A DNA stretch of 59,449 nucleotides, filler included, from 5 parts of 5 records of this genome joined end to end with filler, not necessarily neighbours in it, one strand, 5' to 3'. Shown: positions 18,703 to 29,748, numbered from the whole stretch's first letter. A program made the numbers and translations. Notes: generated by a model from the letters alone, not told the origin.

Positions 18703-19074
18703 ATAAATGTAAATGGGTAATTTGCCAGATGTATTACAATTCTGTTCAGAATTCCTCCAATATCATACACTTAGCATGACCTATGCTTTAAACAATGTCT
18801 TTTTGAACAATTCTATAAGTTGGGTGAATTAATTTGGATTCTTGAAAAGGTAAATCATACATTGGTAAATATAAATTCTCAAAGTATAATTACTCTATTA
18901 AAGCTTTTATTCTGAATCAATATTTCAGTGCTAGATACTGCTCAATTGATTTTTATTTACAATTTACACCATTTTCATTAAAATAATGGCACAAGTAACT
19001 TTCCAGTATAATCCATATACTGGTAATAATCTTGCAATTAAAAATGACAATTAAAAACTGTCTTTACACCACAT

Positions 19075-22000
19075 CTATAATTCAGGATTTTCTCCTTTTG
19101 CATATTTCGATGGAGAAAGTTTAAAATGATCGCTAAAGCACTTGCTAAAATAACGTGGTGTTGTAAATCCTACGGAATAGGCAACTTCTGAAACACTTAC
19201 GCCCGTTTCAGAACGCAACATAACTGCAGCCTTTTTCAAACGACTACTTAATATGAATTCGTTAGGTGTTTGACCTGTTATTCCCTTAATTTTTGCATAC
19301 AAACTGGTTCTACCCAAACACATTTCCTGAGCAAATGTATTCACATCAAACTTGGAATTATCCAGGTTTTCTTCCACAATTTGCATTGCTTTTTCCAAAA
19401 GCTCTGCGTCTAAAGTATTTGAGGTAATATTTTTTATTCCTAAAGTAGGATTGGTTCTAAATTTATCTTGTAATTGCCTCCTGGATTTAACTAAGTTGCG
19501 ACAACGAGCCTGAAGCAATTTCATATTAAATGGTTTGGTAATGTAATCGTCGGCACCTATTTCCATGCCTTCCAATTTGTATTCCAAAGCATCTTTAGCG
19601 GTCAATAATATCACAGGAATGTGACTTGTTGTGATATCATTTTTTAATTGCTGACACATCTCTGTTCCTGTCATAACAGGCATCATTACATCACTGATAA
19701 TTATATCAGGCTGAAATTCTATCGCCTTCTCCAATCCTAATTGTCCATTTTCGACTGCCATCACTGTAAATTCATCTTCAAATGAAGATTTTAACATATC
19801 ACGAACCTCTGCATTATCCTCCACCACTAATAGATTGGAACCCAGCGACAAAACTTTACTTGCTGAGTGTTGCTCCTCTTTTGCGATAATTTCGTCAGCT
19901 AGAATTTTCGTATTCGCACTTAATTCAAATACATGTTCTTCATTCCATATCGTATTTTCAACAGAAAAATGATCTTTCCCTTTTGGCAAATAAACCTCAA
20001 AACAAGATCCTTCTTCCGACTTACTATCAACCTTAATTCTACCACCATGTTGCTCTACAATTCCCTTTGTTAGAGCCAGTCCAATTCCAGAACCCAAGTG
20101 TTGAGTTTTCTGATGACTCATATTATCAACTTGATAAAAACGATCAAATATTTTATCTAAATACTCCTCAGGCATACCTTCCCCTGAATCTAGTACTTTT
20201 AATACTACTTCATTATCGTGATTATCAATTAAAACATAAATAGAACCTCCTTCTGGAGTAAATTTAAAGGCATTAGATAACAAATTGAAAAGAACCTTTT
20301 CCAATTGTCTTGCATCAAAAAACAATGGGATATTTTCCTGATGACAAACCAATTTAAACCTAATGTTCTTTCGAGAAGCGAACTCTTTAAAAGAATCACA
20401 AACACTGCTAGTAAAGTTTACAAAATTGTATTCGTTCACATGCAATTTCATATGACCCAATTCTTGTTTCCGAAACTCTAATAATTCGTCAACCAAATTT
20501 TTTAAACGAAATGAATTTTTAAAGGCAATTAATATCTTATTATAAAATTTAGGTGCAATTCCCGATTCATCCAGAAGACCTTCTAGCTGCCCCATAATTA
20601 ATGTTAAAGGAGTTCTAAACTCGTGCGAAATATTGGTGAAAAATCGTAGTTTTGACTGATTTAACTCCCTTATTCTCTCCTTATCAACTTGCTCCTTTTT
20701 TAAATTTTCTTCCAAAATAGCTTTTGATATCAGAACCTTGTTAATGTATACCAAAACAGCTCCAACAACTAAAATATAAATGAGATATGCCCACCACGTA
20801 TTATAAAAAGGAGGGTCAATTTTAATATTCATACTTGTAGTTGCTCCAATTTCACCGTCTTTATGTCTTTCTCTTACTTTAAAAACATATTTCCCACCCG
20901 ATAAATTTGTGTAACTAACCGATCTTCGGTAACCAGCATCAATCCAATTGTTATCAAAACCCTCCATCTTATATTGATATCGGGATTTATTTGCCTTTAA
21001 ATAATTGAATGAGGTAAAATCGAAGGCAATAACATTGTGATAATGCTTTAGGCGAATTTTATTGGTATATGGTAAAGTTTGTGCCAAAATATTGGTCTCA
21101 TCGCCAACATGTACTTCCTTATTATTCACTTTTAACGAAGTAAAATATAACGGATGTGTAATGGTTCGATTTTGCAATTCTTTTTCCCAAAAAGAGACCA
21201 TTCCATGAATTCCTCCAACAAAGACCTCTCCATCTGATGTGATAAAAAGTCCTCGCTCGTTAATTTCTCCCAAAGGGAATCCACTCTCATAATCGTAAGC
21301 CCTAAATTTTTCTGCCTCAACATCAAATTTACTGATCCCTTTGCTGGTAGCCACCCAAAGAAATCCATATCTAGATTCTGTAATACCATAAATAAAATCC
21401 GAAGGCAAATCATAATTCACACTCGAATAGACTTTAAAATCATCTGATTCCGGTTGATATTTATTTAATCCTCCACCTGATGTAGCAACCCAAACCCGCC
21501 TCATATGATCCTGATAAATCTGATATACAAAATCACTGCTAATACTATTTGCTTTGTTTAAGTTCCTTTTGTAGTTCGTTAATTTCCCACTTTTCAAATC
21601 CAATACACTAAGCCCTTTACTTTCTGATCCAATCCAAATACGATCATTTCGATCATGCAGTAAAGCCAATATTTTTTGTCCAACTAATTGTTGTTGTTCC
21701 TTATTCGAAAAAAACTCTGTAAACCTTTCTGTTTTTGGATCAAAAAGTACCACTCCTTTGTTGGTTCCTAGAATTAGTTTCTTTTTATAAGGAATTATAG
21801 CCGATATCACATTACTGGGAATTGCGTGAGTATTCTTATCACTACTTAAGTATTTCTTTATTCTACCAGTATTGATATTCAAAACATTTAACCCTCCAAA
21901 ATGAGTTCCTATCCATAACCTATTTTTAGCATCCAGATAAAGACTTTTCGCATTATTGTGCGACAAACTACTCTCTCCTTCGCCTTGAGTTATGTATTTA

Positions 22001-23100
22001 AACCGTTTGCTTTTCCTATCATAAAAATTAAGACCTCCACCTTCGGTTGCAATCCATAGATTTTTATCATCATCTTCCAACATCGAGCCAACAACTCTAT
22101 AGTTGATCGATTTGTTTTCATCAGGATCAGCAACAAAATATCTAAAAATATTAGTAGTAGGATTGAAAATATTAATTCCACCAAAATAGGTTCCAATCCA
22201 GATACTTCCCTCTTGATCCTGGAACATAGTGTAAATGGAATTATGACTTAGAGCATTAGGGTTTTTATCTGATTGATAGTAATTAGAGAATTGTTTTGTT
22301 TGAGTATTTAAAACACTAACTCCCAAAAATGTACCAATCCAAATATTACCGTCCTTATCCTCACATATATCCCGAACCACATCATGAGCCAAACCAATAT
22401 TCTTATTATAATGGACGGGTATTTCTTTATCGTTAATTTCAAATATCCCGTTAGTTTTAGTCCCAACCCAAAGTGTCTCTTTTTTATCGTGGTAGATACA
22501 AGAGACATCATCCTTAAGAATTGTCTCTAATTTTTTTGTCTCTTTATTGTAGTTAAGTAAGCCTCTAGTAGCAGTTCCCATAAAAAGCTCATTCTCTCCT
22601 ACTTCTATAACTTCTGTAATATTAGTAGATGATGGAACAATATCATTTACGGAAACGTACTTTTTATTCTCAACATCTAAGGATAACAAACCATTTTTTG
22701 TACCGACCCAAATATTACTTTTCCCGATATAAAAGCAGTTAATTTCATTGTATGGATAATTAATTAGCTCCTCCGTTTCTATGTTATAACTCGATAATCC
22801 TTCCCAGGTTAAAATCCAAACTCGCGTGCTATCATCAGCTTGCAGATCCCTTATATTATTACCCAATAAACTATTCGGATTTAGTCTGTCGTGCCTAAAT
22901 ACATCAATTTCATAGCCATTGTACCTGTTTAATCCATCTCTTGTTCCTATCCACATTGTACCCAAGTGATCTTGCTCAATTGCGGTAACTGAAATTTGAG
23001 ACAATCCATCTTTTAAATCTAGATGATCGAAATAAATATCCTGAGCATAACCGACAAAAAAGTCGATTACCAATACCAATAGAAATCCAATTTTTTTCAT
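19075..23100 (-). CDS. Hybrid two-component system sensor/regulator (HTCS)
   Basis: Reg_prop beta-propeller repeats (WIGT..GL), Y_Y_Y domain, TM, FFTNISHEFRTPL, NLLSNAFKFT, GSGIGL, receiver DVMMP, AraC HTH; start placed at MKKIGF. Confidence 0.95.
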   Translation of the reverse strand: MKKIGFLLVLVIDFFVGYAQDIYFDHLDLKDGLSQISVTAIEQDHLGTMWIGTRDGLNRYNGYEIDVFRHDRLNPNSLLGNNIRDLQADDSTRVWILTWEGLSSYNIETEELINYPYNEINCFYIGKSNIWVGTKNGLLSLDVENKKYVSVNDIVPSSTNITEVIEVGENELFMGTATRGLLNYNKETKKLETILKDDVSCIYHDKKETLWVGTKTNGIFEINDKEIPVHYNKNIGLAHDVVRDICEDKDGNIWIGTFLGVSVLNTQTKQFSNYYQSDKNPNALSHNSIYTMFQDQEGSIWIGTYFGGINIFNPTTNIFRYFVADPDENKSINYRVVGSMLEDDDKNLWIATEGGGLNFYDRKSKRFKYITQGEGESSLSHNNAKSLYLDAKNRLWIGTHFGGLNVLNINTGRIKKYLSSDKNTHAIPSNVISAIIPYKKKLILGTNKGVVLFDPKTERFTEFFSNKEQQQLVGQKILALLHDRNDRIWIGSESKGLSVLDLKSGKLTNYKRNLNKANSISSDFVYQIYQDHMRRVWVATSGGGLNKYQPESDDFKVYSSVNYDLPSDFIYGITESRYGFLWVATSKGISKFDVEAEKFRAYDYESGFPLGEINERGLFITSDGEVFVGGIHGMVSFWEKELQNRTITHPLYFTSLKVNNKEVHVGDETNILAQTLPYTNKIRLKHYHNVIAFDFTSFNYLKANKSRYQYKMEGFDNNWIDAGYRRSVSYTNLSGGKYVFKVRERHKDGEIGATTSMNIKIDPPFYNTWWAYLIYILVVGAVLVYINKVLISKAILEENLKKEQVDKERIRELNQSKLRFFTNISHEFRTPLTLIMGQLEGLLDESGIAPKFYNKILIAFKNSFRLKNLVDELLEFRKQELGHMKLHVNEYNFVNFTSSVCDSFKEFASRKNIRFKLVCHQENIPLFFDARQLEKVLFNLLSNAFKFTPEGGSIYVLIDNHDNEVVLKVLDSGEGMPEEYLDKIFDRFYQVDNMSHQKTQHLGSGIGLALTKGIVEQHGGRIKVDSKSEEGSCFEVYLPKGKDHFSVENTIWNEEHVFELSANTKILADEIIAKEEQHSASKVLSLGSNLLVVEDNAEVRDMLKSSFEDEFTVMAVENGQLGLEKAIEFQPDIIISDVMMPVMTGTEMCQQLKNDITTSHIPVILLTAKDALEYKLEGMEIGADDYITKPFNMKLLQARCRNLVKSRRQLQDKFRTNPTLGIKNITSNTLDAELLEKAMQIVEENLDNSKFDVNTFAQEMCLGRTSLYAKIKGITGQTPNEFILSSRLKKAAVMLRSETGVSVSEVAYSVGFTTPRYFSKCFSDHFKLSPSKYAKGENPEL

Positions 23101-23177
23101 AGAAACAAAGTTATCCTGTAACGTATCGTTTACCGATAGCACACTAAGGCTGCAAACTAACAATTAATTAAGAAAAT

Positions 23178-23219
23178 AAAAAAGGCAAAGCTCATTCAAA
23201 AGAATGTTGCTTTGCCTTT
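23178..23219 (-). terminator. Rho-independent terminator after the MFS gene
   Basis: AAAGGCAAAGC...GCTTTGCCTTT with a T-run on the minus strand. Confidence 0.65.
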
Positions 23220-23270
23220 AACCAAACAGATTAACAATTATAATAAATCGTCAATTAATAATTCGTAATA

Positions 23271-24590
23271 TTATTTAGCCAATTGCAAATCTTCATTCAA
23301 AGGTTCAAGCTTAGGTAACATTAAATGTATAATTCCTAAGATTACAAGATAAAGCATACCTGCAACTAAAAACATCCAAAAGTAAAATGAGTTTCCTGTA
23401 CTGTCTAATCCTTGTCCAAGAGCAAAGTCAACCAACATACCCGAGATAGCGCCAACCATTCCTCCAATACCTACTACCGATGCAATAGATTTTTTAGGCA
23501 TCACATCAGATACTAAGGTAAATAAGTTGGCAGACCATGCCTGGTGACCACCAGAAGCCAATGCAATTAAACAAACCGCTACCCAAACATTATCAGTTAA
23601 TGCTGCAAAAGCAACTGGAGCAATACACAATGCACAAATCAATAGAGAAACTTTACGTGCTGCATTCAAAGTCCAACCACGGTTTATAAAGAATTTTGAA
23701 AGGTATCCTCCTCCAATACTACCAAAGTCGGCAACAAGATAAATTACAACCAAAGCTCCACCTAATTCCTTAATGCTATCTAATCCGAATTGTTGTTTAA
23801 AAAAGATTCCACTCCAAAACATAAAGAAAAACCATACTGCATCGGTAATTTTACCAATTGCAAACGCCCATGTTTGTCTTAAAGGTAACACCTTTGACCA
23901 AGGTAACTTTTCTGCTTCCTTTTCTGCATTTGCAGGTTTACAATCATGCAAAATGTAAGCTAATTCTTCTTTTGACACTTTTGGATGCTCTTCTGGTCTT
24001 TTGTATATTTTCAACCATAAAGAAACCCAAATAGCACTAAACAATCCTGTTACAAGGAATGCAAGTTGCCAGTTATCACCATTAGACGCAACCACTAAAG
24101 GTATAATAGCCGGAGCTAAAACAGCACCTACATTTGATCCGGCATTAAAAATTCCAGTTGCAAAAGCTCGATCTTTTTTAGGAAACCACTCAGCAACCGT
24201 TTTAACTGCTGCAGGAAAATTACCAGCTTCACCTAAACCTAAGCCAAATCGAGCACCAATAAATCCTATCAATGCAAATCCAGGACGAACTGCAGCATGA
24301 AGAACTCCAAAAATACTCCAAACCGCAATGGCTGTTGTATATCCTATTCTAGTTCCATACTTATCAATTAACCCTCCCATGGTAAGCATACCTAAAGCAT
24401 AAGCAGCTTTAAAGGACATATTAATGTAACCATAGTCAGCATTGGTCCAATTAAATTTCTCCATTAAGGTTGGACCTAAAACTCCCATAATACTACGATC
24501 CATATAATTGATAGTAGTAGCAAAGAATAGCATGGCTAATATCCTATAGCGATAATTTCCAGCTGGTTTTTCCATTGTTATTTCACTCAT
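23271..24590 (-). CDS. exuT: ExuT-like hexuronate MFS transporter
   Basis: TTINYMDR, GEAGNFPAAVKTVAEWFPKKDRAFATGIFNAGSNVGA and HQAWSANL motifs. Confidence 0.88.
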   Translation of the reverse strand: MSEITMEKPAGNYRYRILAMLFFATTINYMDRSIMGVLGPTLMEKFNWTNADYGYINMSFKAAYALGMLTMGGLIDKYGTRIGYTTAIAVWSIFGVLHAAVRPGFALIGFIGARFGLGLGEAGNFPAAVKTVAEWFPKKDRAFATGIFNAGSNVGAVLAPAIIPLVVASNGDNWQLAFLVTGLFSAIWVSLWLKIYKRPEEHPKVSKEELAYILHDCKPANAEKEAEKLPWSKVLPLRQTWAFAIGKITDAVWFFFMFWSGIFFKQQFGLDSIKELGGALVVIYLVADFGSIGGGYLSKFFINRGWTLNAARKVSLLICALCIAPVAFAALTDNVWVAVCLIALASGGHQAWSANLFTLVSDVMPKKSIASVVGIGGMVGAISGMLVDFALGQGLDSTGNSFYFWMFLVAGMLYLVILGIIHLMLPKLEPLNEDLQLAK

Positions 24591-24624
24591 AGTAAATTCT
24601 TTTACAGAAGAAAATATCTTCTTG

Positions 24625-25293
24625 TTATCTTAATCTCTTTATGATTTCGAATGCTTTAGCGGTTGCTTGCTCAATTCCTTGATAATCGAAAGATCCATCT
24701 TCTTTTTTAATCATCAATTGAGATCCCATACCCACACAATGAACTCCTGCATCGAACCAGGATTTCAAATTTTCTTCATCAGGCTTTACGCCACCTGTTG
24801 GCATAATTGATGACCAAGGGAAAGGACCTTTTACAGCCTTTACAAACTCAGGACCTCCAACTTGTGCTCCCGGGAATATTTTAACAACTTCTGCACCCAA
24901 TTCTTCTGCATAAGAAATTTCTGTAAGCGATCCACAACCTGGTGACCAGGCAACTTTTCTGCGATTACATACCTTAGCCATTTCTGCATTTAAAATTGGT
25001 GAAACTACAAAGTTTGCACCCAATTGAATGTATAAAGCGGTAGTTCCAGCATCAATCACTGAACCTACTCCCATCATCATTTCAGGACATTCTTTGGCTG
25101 CCCATTTGTTTAATTCACCAAATGTTTCATGAGCGTAATCTCCTCGATTCACAAATTCAAACAATCGGGCACCACCTTTATAACAAGCTTTCACAACCTG
25201 TCTGCAAACATCTATATCTTTATGAAAGAATACAGGAATCATACCTGTCTCCTTCATTTTTAATGCAACTTCTATTCTTGAAAAACGAGCCAT
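24625..25293 (-). CDS. eda: KDPG/KHG aldolase
   Basis: GANFVVSP, PGCGSLTEI, VKIFPG (Schiff-base Lys) and MPTGGV motifs. Confidence 0.92.
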   Translation of the reverse strand: MARFSRIEVALKMKETGMIPVFFHKDIDVCRQVVKACYKGGARLFEFVNRGDYAHETFGELNKWAAKECPEMMMGVGSVIDAGTTALYIQLGANFVVSPILNAEMAKVCNRRKVAWSPGCGSLTEISYAEELGAEVVKIFPGAQVGGPEFVKAVKGPFPWSSIMPTGGVKPDEENLKSWFDAGVHCVGMGSQLMIKKEDGSFDYQGIEQATAKAFEIIKRLR

Positions 25294-25323
25294 TTTTAAT
25301 CCATTAAGAATGATTAATACTAA

Positions 25324-26364
25324 TTAACGAGCAACACGTCCAGACGCATCACCATCCATAAGTTTCTCAACTTCTTCCACAGTAACTTGGTTGTAATCCC
25401 CATAAATGGTATGTTTCAAACATGATGCTGCTACTGCGAAATTTAGTGCTTTCTGATCGTCAGTTGGATGGGTAAGTAATCCGTAAATTAAACCTCCCAT
25501 AAAAGAATCACCGCCGCCTACACGATCAACAATATGTGTAATCTGATAAGTATTGTTTGCTTTAAAAAGCTCCTTACCATCGTATAAAACACCAGACCAT
25601 GAATTGTGATTTGCACTAATTGATCCACGTAAAGTTGTAATCACTTTTTTACATCGAGGAAACTCTTTCATGATTTGCTGAGAAACCGAAAGGTAAGCCT
25701 CTGCATCAACATGTCCACCTGTTACATCTACACCTTCAGGATGAATTCCTAAAACCATAGCTGCATCTTCTTCGTTTCCTAAAATCACATCGGTTCCGGC
25801 AACCAGTTCAGGCATTACTTCGCCTGCAGTTTTTCCGTATTTCCAAAGATTCTTACGATAGTTCAAATCACAAGAAACAGTAATTCCTCTTTCATTTGCG
25901 GCTTTAATGGCCTCTAAACAAACATCAGCCGCTCCCTGTGAAATAGCCGGAGTAATCCCGGTCCAATGAAACCAATTCACACCTTCAAAAACCTCATCCC
26001 AATTAATCATACCACTTTCTATTTCAGAAATGGCTGAATGAGCTCTATCATAAACTACCTTACTACCACGACTAACCGCACCTGTTTCAAGAAAATAAAT
26101 CCCTAAACGATCACCACCATATACAATTTTATCGGTATTAACACCGTATTTTTTCAAATCCATTTCACAAGATCTGGCAATATCGTTTTTTGGTAAACGC
26201 GTCACAAAACTAGATTCAATTCCATAATTTGCTAAAGAAACAGCAACATTCGCTTCACCACCGCCAAAGGTTGCAGTGAACTCTGAAGCTTGTGAAAATC
26301 TTTCATATCCCGGTGTTGCCAATCGCAACATTATTTCGCCAAAAGTAACTACTTTATTACTCAT
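25324..26364 (-). CDS. kdgK: 2-keto-3-deoxygluconate kinase (PfkB family)
   Basis: FGEIMLRL, GGGEANVA, DLNYRKNLW and DRVGGGDSF motifs. Confidence 0.92.
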   Translation of the reverse strand: MSNKVVTFGEIMLRLATPGYERFSQASEFTATFGGGEANVAVSLANYGIESSFVTRLPKNDIARSCEMDLKKYGVNTDKIVYGGDRLGIYFLETGAVSRGSKVVYDRAHSAISEIESGMINWDEVFEGVNWFHWTGITPAISQGAADVCLEAIKAANERGITVSCDLNYRKNLWKYGKTAGEVMPELVAGTDVILGNEEDAAMVLGIHPEGVDVTGGHVDAEAYLSVSQQIMKEFPRCKKVITTLRGSISANHNSWSGVLYDGKELFKANNTYQITHIVDRVGGGDSFMGGLIYGLLTHPTDDQKALNFAVAASCLKHTIYGDYNQVTVEEVEKLMDGDASGRVAR

Positions 26365-26387
26365 TATAATTTCCTTATCCTTAGTTA

Positions 26388-27656
26388 TTAATTAACTTTC
26401 ACAACAACAGGTGAACTTAATTCATTCGCCTGTATCTTTATTAATTGTTCAAACTTTTCCTGTTTTGCCCAATCCGAATTTTCTTTTTCCCACACAGCAA
26501 AAAAGTAATGCGTAGCAGTGGTATTGCTCTTCATCTTTTGTGTCACAAAATGTGTTTCTCCAACCGGCTGATTCCAGCGACTACCTTTTACTACTTCGAT
26601 TGGTAAAAGAGGAGCATCTCCCGTCCTTACTTTCTCATCTGATTTCACAAGAATACCTAATCCAAGATAATCCTCATTCATTGATTGAATATCATGAGTT
26701 GCAACTGCTGTAAATTCATTATTAGCTATAAACTCAAAAGGCTTTTTATCTTTCAAATAACTGGTAACTATCCCAATTGCCAACTCTTCTTCATTTTCAA
26801 TTCCACTAACAGTAACATCACTTTGGAAATAATATTTACCAGCCCAAACGCTAATTCTTTCGGTTGCATCTAGCATTTTACCATCAACATTCCATCCAGA
26901 AAATTTTAAATCGAAAATCGACCGTACCGGACCTCTAGAAATTACCTTAAATTCAAATTTCTCAGTGCTTCCTAATCTATACAAAGAATCTTGATGATAG
27001 ATTGCCAAACCTCCAGCTCCTAATGAAGGACCTACATGCAATACATCCATACCCCAATCTGAAAGTTTGTGATAAGATCCGCTCTCCATTGTAGCCAATT
27101 TATCCATTATCATTCTTGGCTCTAGCTTACCGAACAAATCCTTGGCATTTCTACAATCGAAATAATTACGAAATCCCATAATATCATTTTCCCAGCTTAC
27201 ACTTTCAGCCTGATACATAAATGGAACACCTGTATATCCTTTAGGAGATATTGCCTGATCAACTCCCGTATATCCTTTTTCTTTTGTACCTACACCTAAA
27301 CGCACATTTGTACGAATTGTAAACTTTGGAAGCTCACTGGCTTCTACAAATTTCACATTAAATTTCTTTACTTCTTTAGCCTTAAAATCGCACACTAATG
27401 AAAGTTCATCCCAAGTTCCATCACGATCTAAATCATCAATTTGTGATGGAATATAGTTGCCTTGAGCATCCATTACAACAGGCACTTTACTAACAGGAAT
27501 TTCTCCCGTAATTTTCTTTAATTCAAGTCTACTCACAATAATTGAGGCATCTTTTCGAGCAAGCTCCAACTCATTCTGTAATTCTAAAGTAGGCTTTGTA
27601 TTACAAGATTGAAAAAGGAATCCGAGAGCAGCTATGGCAACACAATATCTTTTCAT
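26388..27656 (-). CDS. DUF4861-family lipoprotein
   Basis: Lipobox FQSC; PSQIDDLDRDGTWDEL, WENDIMGFRNY, DLFGK and YH...WGMDVLHVG.SLGAGG motifs. Confidence 0.8.
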   Translation of the reverse strand: MKRYCVAIAALGFLFQSCNTKPTLELQNELELARKDASIIVSRLELKKITGEIPVSKVPVVMDAQGNYIPSQIDDLDRDGTWDELSLVCDFKAKEVKKFNVKFVEASELPKFTIRTNVRLGVGTKEKGYTGVDQAISPKGYTGVPFMYQAESVSWENDIMGFRNYFDCRNAKDLFGKLEPRMIMDKLATMESGSYHKLSDWGMDVLHVGPSLGAGGLAIYHQDSLYRLGSTEKFEFKVISRGPVRSIFDLKFSGWNVDGKMLDATERISVWAGKYYFQSDVTVSGIENEEELAIGIVTSYLKDKKPFEFIANNEFTAVATHDIQSMNEDYLGLGILVKSDEKVRTGDAPLLPIEVVKGSRWNQPVGETHFVTQKMKSNTTATHYFFAVWEKENSDWAKQEKFEQLIKIQANELSSPVVVKVN

Positions 27657-27836
27657 CTAAAATTATTTAAGTATTAAGATTGTCCTGATGACATTTTTGT
27701 TGTTGATTTTAAATGGAAAGGAAGATATAGGTTACACTCCCCAGCGATAACTACTCAACAACTTCTTCCTTTCCTGTTTAATCTCTGTATATAAGGAGAG
27801 TTCCAACAAAAACTCCCCTATCTAAACTACTACTAA

Positions 27837-28628
27837 CTATTCTTCGTTTGAAGGCTTACCAATGGTTGCCAAAATACCACCATCAACATAAACCACATGT
27901 CCGTTTACAAAATCAGAAGCTTTTGATGCCAAGAACACCGCTGTTCCGCCTAAATCTTCTGGATCGCCCCAACGAGCTGCCGGTGTACGATTGATGATAA
28001 ATTCGTTAAATGGATGTCCATCCTCACGGATAGCAGCTGTTTGAGAAGTTGCAAAATATCCCGGACCAATTCCATTGGTTTGAATTCCATATTTCGCCCA
28101 CTCTGTTGCCATATTTTTGGTCAGCATTTTCAATCCACCTTTAGCAGAAGCATAAGCACAAACATCATTACGTCCCAATTCACTCATCATTGAGCAAATA
28201 TTAATGATTTTTCCTTCCTTACGCTCAATCATTCTCTGACCAACATATTTACCCATGATAAAAGGTCCTACCAAGTCAATATCAATTACCTGACGGTAAT
28301 CTTTCACTTCCATATCTTGCATTGGAACACGCTTAATAATTCCAGCGTTATTCACTAAAATTCCAATTGGACCAACCTCATCTTCAATTTGTGCAACTCC
28401 AGCTTTTACACCTTCTTCATCAGTTACATCAAAAATGTACCCTTTGCAATCAATTCCTTTTTTTGCGTAATCAGCAATACCACGGTCCAAATTCTCCTTA
28501 GAAATATCATTCACAACAATCTGAGCTCCAGCCTCTGATAAAGCAGTTGCAATTGCCATTCCAATACCATGAGTTGCTCCTGTTACCAAAGCAACTTTTC
28601 CTTCTAACTTAAATAAATCTAAAATCAT
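27837..28628 (-). CDS. kduD: SDR oxidoreductase, KduD/gluconate 5-dehydrogenase type
   Basis: TGATHGIG, NNAGII, YASAKGG and NGIGPGY motifs; directly downstream of kduI. Confidence 0.85.
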   Translation of the reverse strand: MILDLFKLEGKVALVTGATHGIGMAIATALSEAGAQIVVNDISKENLDRGIADYAKKGIDCKGYIFDVTDEEGVKAGVAQIEDEVGPIGILVNNAGIIKRVPMQDMEVKDYRQVIDIDLVGPFIMGKYVGQRMIERKEGKIINICSMMSELGRNDVCAYASAKGGLKMLTKNMATEWAKYGIQTNGIGPGYFATSQTAAIREDGHPFNEFIINRTPAARWGDPEDLGGTAVFLASKASDFVNGHVVYVDGGILATIGKPSNEE

Positions 28629-28665
28629 AACAATACTATATAATTAAACACAACAACAACTAATC

Positions 28666-29508
28666 TTAACGTAACTCGTCTGGTTGACAGATATCCATAT
28701 CGCCATAATCCAGGTTTTCACCACCCATTCCCCAAATGAATGTATAATTACTTGTTCCTGCAGCCGAGTGAATCGACCAGGTTGGTGAGAAAACAGCTTC
28801 CTCATTACCCATCCAAATGTGACGGGTTTCTTTAGGATCTCCCATAAAATGACAAATTGCTTGTCCTTTTGGCACTTCAAAATAGAAGTAAGCTTCCATC
28901 CTTCTGCTGTGGGTATGTGCAGGCATGGTATTCCAAACGCTACCAGGATGTAATTCTGTCATTCCCATTTGCAACTGATTGGTTTTGATTGTATCTGAAA
29001 CAATCAGCTTATTTAATGTTCTTCTATTTGAATTTTCTGCTTCTCCCAACTCAATAACGATAGCATCTTCACGACCTACTTTTACTGTTGGAAAAATTTC
29101 ATGAGCAGGAGCTGAATTCAAATAAAAATGAGCAGGAGTTGCTGCATCAGCACTTTCGAATATAATTTCCTTTTTACCCTTTCCTACATAAAGTGCTTCT
29201 TTGTATTCCAATTCGAACACTTCTCCATCTACACTTACACTTCCTTTTTCACCAACATTTACAATGCCCAACTCTCTTCTCTCAAGGAAATATTCTGCCT
29301 TTAAAGGATCAATGGTTTCCAATGGTAAAGCTTGATTTGTAGGAACAACTCCTCCAACTATTAATCTATCGTATTGCGAATAAGTAAGATTAACATTTCC
29401 TGCTTCCATAATATCTTGAACCAAGTATTCATCTCTCAAACGCTCTGTATCGTAATTCTTTGCATCTGCCGGATGAGTAGCATATCTTTCTTCGTACTTC
29501 ACACTCAT
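28666..29508 (-). CDS. kduI: 5-dehydro-4-deoxy-D-glucuronate (DKI) isomerase
   Basis: FLERRELG, GSVWNTMPAHTHSRRMEAYFYF, WSIHS and FIWGMGGEN motifs; start placed at MSVKYEE (280 aa). Confidence 0.93.
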   Translation of the reverse strand: MSVKYEERYATHPADAKNYDTERLRDEYLVQDIMEAGNVNLTYSQYDRLIVGGVVPTNQALPLETIDPLKAEYFLERRELGIVNVGEKGSVSVDGEVFELEYKEALYVGKGKKEIIFESADAATPAHFYLNSAPAHEIFPTVKVGREDAIVIELGEAENSNRRTLNKLIVSDTIKTNQLQMGMTELHPGSVWNTMPAHTHSRRMEAYFYFEVPKGQAICHFMGDPKETRHIWMGNEEAVFSPTWSIHSAAGTSNYTFIWGMGGENLDYGDMDICQPDELR

Positions 29509-29598
29509 TTTATCTGTTTTTATAATTTGAACATTTTGTATTTCAAGTATCAATTTCCAAACTTGAACACAACAAAGAAATAAAATGCAAATGAATTG

Positions 29599-29612
29599 TG
29601 CAATCGATTGTC
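29599..29612. promoter_or_regulatory. LacI-family operator (kduI side)
   Basis: TGCAATCGATTGTC with perfect core CAATCGATTG in the divergent kduI/lacI spacer. Confidence 0.7.
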
Positions 29613-29730
29613 TGATTTTTATTTTTTTCTCAACGATTTCAACAATCTCACAAAAACACCAAAACCCCAATAACACTTAAAATTCAAGACTTTCCATTGT
29701 ATCATTAAAAACATCTATTTAAATTCATTT

Positions 29731-29748
29731 TGCGCAATCGATTTCTCA
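29731..29748. promoter_or_regulatory. LacI-family operator (regulator side)
   Basis: TGCGCAATCGATTTCTCA, a near-palindrome with central CG. Confidence 0.7.

Noticed and set aside
18730..18815. ACAAT-like words upstream of susC as HTCS binding sites
   Set aside because: Too degenerate in AT-rich DNA to support
21400..23000. Repetitive WIGT/WVGT pattern in the HTCS
   Set aside because: Ordinary beta-propeller (Reg_prop) repeats
29509..29676. N-terminal extension of KduI in the ORF track, and similar extensions at 13535, 23163, 38607, 49174, 55516, 55611 and 57330
   Set aside because: They overlap promoter, operator or RBS elements; downstream starts fit RBS position, signal peptides or family length better
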